Shown one piece after another: positions 53,701 through 64,000 of a DNA stretch of 64,000 nucleotides (positions are counted from its first letter, which is position 1; each line of letters begins with the position of its first letter). The stretch is from Azolla caroliniana (taxonomy: Eukaryota > Plantae > Polypodiophyta), in contig JBHGNT010000002.1 in the NCBI GenBank assembly GCA_043228905.1, positions 9,548,001-9,612,000 on the forward strand, given 5' to 3'. The position numbers were made by a program, and so were the translations under genes. Under the pieces are notes generated by a model. That model was given only the letters and a program-made list of their open reading frames with translations, made no database searches and was not told the DNA's origin.

Positions 53701-54161
53701 GTAAAAGGACTACTTTCGCGTTCGCGTTCAGAAGTGGACGGATCACGCATTCCACTTTTAGATTCCTTTCATAATTGTGCAATTTTATGCACTATATAGA
53801 AACTTGTCACACCAGTGTCACATGTTCGTCAACCCGTATAGAATTTGCTAAATTATTAATATGTAACAAGTTTCAAAGTAAAATACATGTATTTTTTTGA
53901 ACATTGTTAAAGTTGATGATCTTCAAATACGAAATTTATTTAAAATTATATCATATGACAATTGTTTATTCAATTGACAAAAGTTTTTCTAACTGTATTA
54001 TGCAATTTGCAAAGATGGTTGAAATGTTGAGAAAATCATGATCTCTAGACATAAAATGTAGTTAAATTACAGACTATTAACATGATCTATACAACAATTG
54101 ATTTCCAGGTTTAACCATTGTGTGGAGGTGTAGGGAGAAGAAATGGAAGTGATAGCTATAG

Positions 54162-55959
54162 TTAGTGATTATGTGTTATGCAGTCTAGGCACTCCCATAA
54201 GGCTTTAATCCGCATATTAATGAAACATACTTGCTCCTCATCCTTCTCCAATGCAACTGTATTCTAAAATAGTTTCAAGGTGCATGCATATGTCATAAAT
54301 ATCACCAAAATAATAAGATCATAACTTCAATTAGACAAGCGGTAAATATATACTTTTGTAGAGCAAAGTCTAAGAACATACCCGTGCCAGAAAAAAAATC
54401 TAAAATCCAATCTCCTTCGTTAGAGAACATTTCGATAAGGCGCATCATGAGTCGTTGGGGATTTTGGTAAGGATTGACTAGGCCATGTTCAGTTGTCGTG
54501 ACATGTCTCAATTTCTGCGTAACTACTGGGTACACTAACAGATTTGAACCACCAACCTCATTTGAATGTTCCTTAATCCTTTGATTCTTTATTTCATCAT
54601 AATACCCAACTGTTATGTATTCAATAGCATTCACAAACCGAAAGGTCGGTCCTCTATTAACGTTGGTTTTGATCCTATAAATGACAAAAGGAAACCAAAA
54701 GACATAGACTCAACTATTAGTTACATAAAGTGACAAGAATTGAAATGCAACCAAAATTGAATTAGTTGTTGTATAAGCCTTACCAAGCAAGGTTCTCTAC
54801 ACCATGAAAACGAGATCTCAACGCTTGAGCCACAGAATATCCTTGGTCCATACTATGAAAGACCACTATTCTCCACAAGCTCATTGTGGTCAACTCGGCG
54901 AAATCCTTCACCATTTTCTCCAATTGTGTAAACCTAAATGGTTCATCATCGTGAGAAGATCCAGCCATACGGAATCCGTATGGAATATCTGCAATGAGTA
55001 ATGTGTACTCCTTCGGCAACTTTTGGATCATCTCCGCCACATCACCACAATACACATTATAATGCAATTCTCGGGTGATATCCTTTTTGTGGCTGAACTT
55101 CTTGAAAGTTCCATGATTGTCCACTTCGAACACCCTCACTAAGCCTCAGTGCTTTTCTTTCTGTGCTCTTTCAAGATGGGCAAGAAAGGAAGTTGGAAAA
55201 TCATGTATATCTTTGACTTCTCTAGGCTTCTTGCTACGACATGGTTTCCATGTGACACAACAAAAGACGTAACTCTTACTTATTCTTCAAATATTTAATA
55301 AACTAGAACAGAAAATATCAAATATGTAATACTAACCCAATCCTTAAAAGCATTAAAATATTCTGATAAAATAAAATATTCAAATATGTTCCCATGTTAA
55401 GCAACCAAGCTGCTTCATCATCACCTTCTAAATTTTCATATACACCTTGTGACTAGAAAAGCATAAACAATCATTAACACTTATGAATTCAAGGAAGACA
55501 AAACATGTATTCAAAACAAAAGTATTAGGCTTACTTGTTGAACTCTGTGACCATTTCTTCTAAGCTTAGCTTTTTCGCCACGACTCTAGACAAGACAGAT
55601 ACAAGTAGTTGCTCTCCTTTTATACCTTGCATGGCTCTCCATGGTGTTAGCTTCATGTCGTCCGTTGCTTCCTCGATGGTCAGATCAATCTTTTTTGCCG
55701 TGGTTGACTTCAACTCGAGTTGTGGGTCTACTTTCCCCTTTTTTTGACGTTGACCTTTAACCTCCTTGTTTTCCCACATTGTAAAGATTTGGTCTTGTAA
55801 TTCCCAAACAACCCCATCTCTGAAGGTAAGCTGGAACCACGACTCATACTTATGAATACCGTCAAACTTTACTACATCGTCCACTACGATCCCAACTTCA
55901 TGAAGACATTGACGTTGAAGTGCTGGAAACATCTTTGGTTCAATTTTTTGCTTGACGTC
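54162..55959 (-). pseudogene. Spliced beta-class N4C/N6A DNA methyltransferase-like gene (N6_N4_Mtase type), decayed and 5'-truncated; exons ~55959-55535, 55452-55337, ~55247-54784, 54674-54382, ~54300-54162
   Basis: YCGD, catalytic motif IV LLIADIPYG (54989-54978), W-I-K-T-N..NAIEYITV, NPYQNP.RLMMRLI..FSNEGDWILDFFSGTG (SAM-binding motif I), then LKLF*NTVALEKD; motif IV precedes motif I. Clean GT-AG introns at 55534-55453 and 54783-54675. Stops at 55148-55146, 54266-54264 and in exon 2. Confidence 0.85.
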
Positions 55960-58900
55960 TCACAACCATCATGAAGGGAAAGGAGTTACCCGGAACAATA
56001 ATAGATGGAGGATCCGACGTCAATGTGATTAGCCTCCAAACATGCACAACCTTGGGAATCCAAGAGTGGGAACCATGCCCGTTCTGGCTACGGATGGCGG
56101 ATACAAGCTCAATACGACCGACCGGCTTAATACGAGATTTGGAAGTAACAATCGGCGGCCACACATTTCGCATCTCGGAAGTAGTGCTACAATTACAGGC
56201 ACAAGGAGCTTACCCGCTACTGTTGGGGCGGCCGTGGCTAAAAATGGCGCACATGAAACAAAACTGGAGAAAGAATATAATCACCTTCCGGCGGGGAAAA
56301 GCAAAAGTACGGGTACCGACACAACCACGAACGGGTACCGGGAAGGAATTAACACCCCTATATGCCGAATGTGTCAATATGCTGGACGGATTAGCAGACG
56401 AAGAGGTGGATCAATACTTGTAAGATAATCCAAAGATAGTACCCCTGTTCGAAATTGACGTAGCTGAAGCTGTATCACCATACATACTGCCACCGGACGG
56501 AGCGGATGAAGAACCACATAAAGAAGCGATCCAGGAGCTATGGCAAGCACAAGAAGCGCTAGAAAGAGAAATGGCCGTATCACAACGGGTTAAAGCATCC
56601 CAACTAGAGGAGGTAAATCTAGGAACTACAAAAGAGGTAAGACCGGTGCAAATAGCCAAGGAAATGACTACAGAGAACAGAATGACGATGATTACACTTC
56701 TCGAAGAGTTTCGGGACGTGTTTGCCTGGTCCTACGAGGATATGAGAAGGCTCGATCCTCAGCTCTATCAACATCAGATACATTTGAGCAAAGACGCCAA
56801 ACCGGTAGCACAACAACGGTACCAGATGAATCCAAACTACGTCGCCAAAGTCAAGGAGGAAATCAACAAGTTGCTGAGAGTTGGCTTTATCCGTCCCGTA
56901 AAGAAATCTACATGGATGAGCCCGATAGTAGTCGTACCAAAGAAAAACGGCAAAATTAGAGTATGTGTCGACTATCGGAAGCTTAATGCGGCGACGGTAA
57001 CTGATGCATTTCCACTTTCATTTACGGATGGAGTTTTGGACGCAGTCGCCGGCCATGAGGTATACAGTTTTTTAGACGGATTCAGCGGATACAACCAGAT
57101 CCGGATGCACCCCGATGACCAGGAGAAAATGACTTTCGTCACGGGATTGGGGAGTGTTTGTTGCCGTAGTGATGATGATCGGACTCAAAACGGCGCCGGC
57201 CACGTTCCAGAGGATCATCATGGAAATATTCAGAGAATTCATACCGGCATTCATGCAGGTGTTCCTCGACGACTTTGCTATTTACAGCCAGGAAGGAGAC
57301 CACCTTCAGCACCTCCGACTGTGTCTAGAAAAGTGTAGGGCTTACCGGCTAAGCCTGAATCCGGTGAAGTGTGTATTCGGCGTGTCTAGCGGAACGCTAC
57401 TGGGGCACATTGTGAGCAAGGAGGGCATCGCCGTGGATCCGGACAAAGTAAAAGCAATCCTGGAGGCACCGGCGCCAACAACGGCAAAGGCATTGAGCCG
57501 TTTCTTAGGCCAAATCCGTTGGCATAGCCGAATGCTCCGGTATTTGGCGGATCTAGCTACACCACTGCATGTTGCGGTACACCGAATACCGTTCCAGTGG
57601 ACCGACATTGAAGACAAAGCGTACCGGGCACTCAATGTTCTATTATCGCAAGCGCCGGTAGTGCAACCCTCGGAGTGGGCGAAGGAATTTCATGTGTTCG
57701 TGGATGCGTCCGACATTGCAATCGGGAGTGCACTGATGCAATTTACAAAGCCAAGATGGTACCGGCCCGTATATTACGCAAGCCAGAAGTTATCCCAAGC
57801 CGAACGGAATTATTCCACCACGGAAAGGGAAGCTTTAGGCATGATCTACAACGTAACAAAATTCAGGCATTATTTATTGGGAAGAAAGTTTTCCTTCCAT
57901 GTAGATCATTCGGCACTCCTCTACCTAGTGTCCAAAGCGTCACTTACCGGTAAGTTGGCCCGGTGGACTTTGCTATTACAGGAATTCGAATTCGAGATAT
58001 TCCACCGACTCGGCATACAGCACGCGGTAGTAGATTATTTAAGCCGGTTAGATTCTGGCGAAACCGGCGACGGAGTACCGGACGAGTTTCCGGATGCTGA
58101 GCTATTTCGAGTCACCGCGGAAATGGCAACAGATGAAACGGTGGCACCAGAAGATAAGTGGCTAACAAATATGCACCAATTTTTGAGCACCGGATTGCCT
58201 CCGGAGGAGATGAACCAGGACGAGAGGAAACACCTGGCGGTACAAAGCCGGCACTTCTGTTTATTACGGGACACGCTATACCACAGGTGCGGACGGTATA
58301 TGGCAACGAGCGGTGCACAGCGACGAGAGAGAGGTAATACTACGGGAAGCACATTGCGGAGTCGCCGGAGGCCATTATGCCGGGGATGCTACGGCAAGGA
58401 AGATATGGCAAAGTGGCCTATGGTGGCCGACTACATTGAAAGACGCAGTCCGGTACGCGAAAGAGTGTGATCTATGCCAGCGAATGGGCCAACCAACGGA
58501 ACAAGCTAGGATGCCGCACTAGCCAGTACTACCACTAGAACCATTTCAGAAATGGGGACTGGATTTTGTTGGACCATTTAAACCACCAGCAATGAGAATT
58601 GGCAACCGGTATGTGATCATCGCGACAGACTATTGCACTAAATGGGTGGAAGCCAAAGCCCTACGATACAACACCACGGTGTCGATGAAAAAATTCTTAT
58701 ACGAATACATTTGGTGCCGGTACGGATGCCCCATAGAGCTGATAAGAGACCAAAGAGGGAACTTTCTTGGACAGGTAGTGGAGAGCTTGACGTCATTCTA
58801 TGCGGTAGTTCATAAACGAAGCACCCCGTACTACCCACAAGCCAACGGATTAGTTGAGTCAACAAACAAAACGCTATAGAATATCCTGCGCAAGATCGTC

Positions 58901-61900
58901 AATGAGAATCAGACAGATTGGGACACGAAGCTGCACAGTGCGCTCTGGGCTTACCAGACGACGTACAAAACAAGCATCTGAACAACGCCGTTCCGGTTAG
59001 CATTTGGATTAGAGGCAGTCATGTCGGTCGAGTTCCAGGTACCGAGCTTACAGATCTAGATTCGGGAACGACTTAATGAAAAGGAATTGGAGGCAATTTG
59101 GTTAAAGGCTCTATGTGAACTAGAAGAACACCAGCTGGCGAGCATCATGCATCTAGAATTGGAACAACGGCGACGGAAATCGTTTGTAGATCGGCACCGG
59201 AAGGGAAACAAAAAGATGTTTGGAATCGGCAATCCGGTACTAGTGTTCCAGACCCGGATGGGTAAAATGCCAGGCAAACTACGGTTTAGATGGACCAGAC
59301 CGTACTGGATCACACGCGAGTTCAATGGATCCTACCAGTTAGGGACACTTGCCGGCGAGGTGCTGGGTAAATGGGGCAACGGTTTTAGACTAAAGCCATA
59401 CAGAGGACCTATGCCCAAGAACCCATTTGAACGAAGGGCCGACACCGAATCGGACGCCGGCAGGCCAACCAAGACGGCAACCTGTGAGGAAAACGACTAC
59501 CACCAAGCCGGTAAGGAGGAGCACGAGCCGGCAACCGAGGAGAGCAAAATGACGGCAAACCGTCACGATGCCGGGAAGATTCTTCATTCAGGTAAGGGTC
59601 CGTTAGGACCGGAGAAAAATTAACCACACAATTAAAAAAAATAAAATAAAAAAAATCGTAACTCAAGAGCTGGTTATACAAATGCCAACCTCCTCAGCCG
59701 GCCAAGAACAAGCAGAACAAGTGCGGCCAACCGAAACACAACCGGAACCTGAACGGCAAAGTGGTCAGCAGGTAGAGCCGGAATTGCCGCCCGACGCAGA
59801 AAGGCCGGACTAGCCACTGGCAAGTGAACCCATCAGCCAACCCGCCATGCAGACGCAACAACAGGGCACCGGCAGCCAATGGCTCCGGTGGATAGGGGAA
59901 CAAATTGCCGGAGTAGTCGGATACATAGAGGTGGAAGAAAGAGCGCAAACAGAACGGTTGCTAGTCACAACCGATGAACTAGAGACGGCCCGGTCAAGGA
60001 TCCGGTGCCTCGAACAAGACTTGGATCGGGTCACAGAAGACATGGCCAAAATGGCCTTAACCGCAACACAGATCCAAGCACTGGTGACTCCGGTGGATGT
60101 ACACACAGATAAGACCCCAGAGACAGAAACTGTTCCGGAGAAAGATGCGGCGCAAGCCCAAGAGCTTGCTGACTTAAGAGACGAACTTGCCGCACAAGAA
60201 GCATTACGGAGCCGCGAACGCGACTTGAAGAAGGTGGCCGAAGAAGAATTAAAGAAGACCACTAAGAACCTCCGCCGGGCAGAGGAAAACCTGCGTAAAG
60301 GACATCATGCTTACGACCGGCTAAAGGAGGAAAAAGAGAAATTGATGCAGGAGAAAGACAAGCTGCGACGGATGGCGGAGACGGAAATCGAAAGGCTGAA
60401 GGAAGAACTCCGTCAACAGAAGGACCGGGAGGACTGCGCGCGCCGACAGATCAACCAGAGGCTCAAGCAGAAGACCGATGATTTTGATCATCTGCACCGG
60501 GACTACAAGCAGCTGGAGGCGCAGTATAAGCAACAATAGGAAAGGATGGCCAAGCTCCGGCAAGAAGTTGATAGGGCCACAACGGCACTCGCCGACGAAC
60601 GAGCTGAGAGTTCAAAGCTATTGGAGGAAGTGGCAATGGACCGGATGGAGCTCCACAAACAGAACCATGAAGAAAAGGAAAGGGTGACAATGGTATTACA
60701 GAGGTTGCAAACAACCTATCAAAGTCAATTGTCGCATTATAGGGAGCAGGAGGCGGACATGGTCAGAATCATCAAGCAATTGAAAGAGGAGCGACAAGCC
60801 GCAGAGAACAAATCACGGATGGGAACCGAACGGATCCAGTGCATCCTCTGGGCATGGCTCACCAAGACCAAACGCTTGATTGACGAGAGCTCTATGCAAT
60901 GGTGGACGAAATAGGCGCAGAATACGGCGGAACTCCAATTGCTCAGGGTGGACGTGGAAAACCGGCGGAAGGAAGGCGATGACTGTTATACGCTGACATC
61001 GGAGGACTTCACCGCCATAAGGGATGAGCTGGCCGAAGATTTCACAGCCCTGGCGGATGAACAATTGGTGCAGGTCTGACAACTCATAGCTCAACTGGAC
61101 GACAATTGGTTGGAGGCTCAAATCCAGTTTGAGAGCTATGAGTGGTCTCGGCTTCGGGAAGAAAAAGCAAGGAAGGCGGCAACAGTCAACCTTAGTGATG
61201 AGGAATCGTCGCCGGTACAAGGACCAGACGGGGACTAGGCCGGGATCAATCAGCCAGCGACAACTCCGACGGAGGAGACAACGAAGGAAACGCCGGTGCT
61301 AGAGCAACAAACGAAGCAACAACCCCAAACGGAGAAGGCACAAACAGAGCAGCCACCGCAACAGCCACAAACGGAACAACAGCCACAACAGCAGCAACCA
61401 CAACAGCAACAACAGATTCCCGACGAGCCATTGGAAATTCTGGAGCAAAGCATTCTGGACATTTTGGACGAGGAGTAGTAGGGCTGGATAATGGGTTCAA
61501 CGTACAAGGTACTGTCCCACGGGTGTGCCATGTGTTACCCAGCAGACAAGAAGGCTTAAGGATGTCCAGACCAGAGTGTGAAAGGAATAGTTTATTCGGG
61601 AACTGTTGTAATTATTTTATTAATATGGACGGACAGACCGAAATCGGTATGCCGATCCAGATCTAGACCGATTCCGAATAGGTGCCGATTGGCACCGTTT
61701 TGTACTTTGCACCGGAGACCTATATAAAGGCCCGGTTACAATGTAATTAACAACGGATAATTAATAGAACTTATTGCCTTAATAGTCTCTCTCTTTGTCA
61801 TCTCTCTTCTTCTCTCTCCCCTTAACGTTGAACCCCCTTGGGAGGGGGGTGGAGCCATTCTAGGCACCACCCCCCACCCCGCAATGCTTCTCAATGATTC

Positions 61901-62023
61901 TCAACATCTTCATCTCAATCTCTCTCACCATCATACTCTCCACCATCTTCACTATTCCACCATTTCTATCTTCGTCATCGATAATCATCATTACCATTAA
62001 CCTTAACCCTAAAATGTACATCA
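55960..62023 (+). mobile_element. Ty3/Gypsy element E, relative of D, lacking 5' LTR and gag; pol ~55960-59623, extra ORF 59682-61478, LTR 61533-~62023
   Basis: IIDGGSD protease, RT, RNase H and integrase collinear with Gypsy-D, with stops and frameshifts; the LTR starts with TG after the same pre-LTR motif as D and shares the TATA region (cctatataaagg). Confidence 0.88.
59682..61478 (+). pseudogene. Gypsy-E extra coiled-coil ORF, shorter at the N-terminus than in D
   Basis: QWLRWIGEQIAGV, EKDKLRRMAETEIERLKEELRQQKD and PLEILEQSILDILDEE* match Gypsy-D; several in-frame stops. Confidence 0.8.
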
Positions 62024-62028
62024 CCTTT

Positions 62029-64000
62029 TGGCGACCACTAAGGCGACCCCCCTTTGGAGACGGAGTCGAAGAATAGTACGCAATGAACAATGATGCAACC
62101 CTCATTAGCGCGAGAAGTCGAATCGACGATGTGCGAGAACTGGTGGAAATATGAGAACGAACAATGGTGTGATGACTATTCGCTGCAGAAGTATACAAGA
62201 AAAGCGACAAATGATGGCAATGATGTGCAGTAGAAGTTGGAAATGGAAGATTGACTGATGGACAATTCTACAACGAATTAATCTCTATATGTGTATGTTT
62301 TGTTTGGTCTGTTTTTGTCCTAAATGTCCGAGACATGTTGCCAAAGATGTACAAAAACGATGACAATGCATGAGAGGAAGTCGTGAAATGATGGCGTTAC
62401 GTGAGTGTGCGAGAATAGAAATGACAATGTGCAAATGTGCGGTTAGCAATGACGTGTGTGTGCAAGAAAGCGTGCTGCAAGAGACAACCATGATGGCCAA
62501 AACAACCGACAACAGGATGGAGATGCCGGAAAGATGCTGCTAGACAGGCAATCAGAATAACTAGAATGGACAGACATGCCAGACAAGGCGACGGATGACG
62601 GCCAGAATAGCAACGGTGTTCGGAAGGTTGCAGAGGCAAACAAAAAGACATAGCAGAATGGACTGTTGGAAAATGGACCGGAACGATCCGGGACAAGACG
62701 GTTTGATGGCTAGAAAAGCGACATCGATAGAGGAAACGACCGGAGACGACCAGAGATGGAGTCCGCCATACAGCCAGCCAGACGGGCCGAACAGTCGGAA
62801 CGGTGACGGAGCCGGGACGACGATCAAATGGCGGTGGCCACATACCAACGGCTAAAGTGGTGGCGGACCAGCAACGGCCAGGTCGGACAGAGACAACCGA
62901 ATGTGTCGGACGATGGAGATAGCCGGACCGACGACCGGACATCAGCGGAATAGTAACCGGAGAAGCGGCCGGACGAGCCAAACGGACAGTAGCTGACGGC
63001 CGGAAGGAACGGTGGTAGCTGGAAACCCTAAACAGACAGCCAGAGTTGCCGAAACGGTGGGTTGGATGGCATCGGAGCTAGAGACAGAGATGGAGAAACG
63101 GACACAAAGATGGAGCCGGTAGACAAGGCCGGACAGAGACAAACGACACCGGCAACGTCGAACAGAGATGGACGAATGACAACGATGGAACCGGAAAAAA
63201 GAGAGAAACGGCCGGACATGGAGGCAAGGGCAGACACACAAATTGTATGGCAACTGTGCAGAGGAAGCCATTACAACTATTGCACAACGAGCGACATAGG
63301 AAAACAAGGAAGAAAGATGAAGACAAAGAAGATGCAGACAACGAATAACGACAACGACAGGAAAGAAAACAGAGAAAAGAAGAAGAGAATGAAGTAGGAA
63401 GAGAACATAGAAGAAGAAGAAGAAGAAGAAGAAGGAGAAGAAGGAGATGTAGCCGTTGATGAACAGAGAAGTAAGAGGAAGAAGTCATGGAAGAAGAGAA
63501 GGCACATAACAGAGGATGGAGAGAAATGAGAAAGGAAGAAGAAGACAAATCCGGAAGAAGAACTGCATAAGAAAACAAGAAGAAGCAGATGAAGACAGGA
63601 GAGAAAGGACGACAAGAAGAGAAGCGGGAAACGAAAGCAGAAAGAAGAAGAAAGAGATGATACACACAAGAGAGAGTGCAATAACGGACCACAACAATAA
63701 CCTAGAGATAAAGACGAAATTGAAGCAGAAGATAGGACGAGAAGAAAAATAGAGAAAGGGGCATTCGAGGAGTTTTGAAAACCTGAGGGCATCTGAAGAA
63801 TTTCAAAAAATATGATGGCATTGTCAAAATTTTAAAAAATCAAAGGGCACCTATGGAATTTCGAAAACTCATGAACCTAAAAGAAATGGACGTGATCCAC
63901 ACACAACTCACAAGATAAAAGGAAGATACACATAGCACAACGTTTTTGGACCCATGATGCTAAAGTTCGTAAGTCAACAAAACGAGAATGTTCGTGTCAC
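62029..64000 (+). mobile_element. PBS (TGGCGACCAC, 62029-62038) and purine-rich, apparently non-coding leader of a further LTR-element internal region
   Basis: Same PBS as Gypsy-D, 5 nt after ...ACATCA; no credible protein ORF in the next 2 kb. Confidence 0.55.

Noticed and set aside
54162-55959. Bacterial contamination as the source of the methyltransferase
   Set aside because: GT-AG introns with pyrimidine tracts, transition-type decay and contiguity with plant retrotransposons.
62397-63792. Hydrophobic or charged ORFs of 100-200 aa
   Set aside because: Artefacts of purine-rich low-complexity sequence.

Overview
Eukaryotic (land-plant) nuclear DNA; intron style, (AG)n/(CA)n microsatellites and TE families suggest a seed-free plant such as a fern (inference). 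About two thirds is transposon sequence in two nested stacks resolved by target-site duplications. Stack 1: an RTEX-like LINE holds Copia-A (5106-16277), which holds a Copia-B solo LTR and a near-intact, very young Copia-B (7733-13180). Stack 2: Copia-C (20426-35665) holds a Ty3/Gypsy element with a long extra coiled-coil ORF (23047-33142). Host genes are a decayed DPB4/NF-YB11 histone-fold gene, an intact organellar-type RPS16 with an unusual N-terminal extension, and an intact mitochondrial GrpE/Mge. The most unusual feature is a spliced but decayed gene for a prokaryote-like beta-class N4-cytosine/N6-adenine DNA methyltransferase (54162-55959, minus), cut at its 5' end by a second Gypsy element. 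Other points: both Gypsy elements have a conserved structured motif instead of a polypurine tract; a 36-nt antisense piece of RPS16 is inserted in a neighbouring LINE; GrpE intron 2 contains a G-U-rich hairpin. All identifications come from reading motifs by eye, with no database search.
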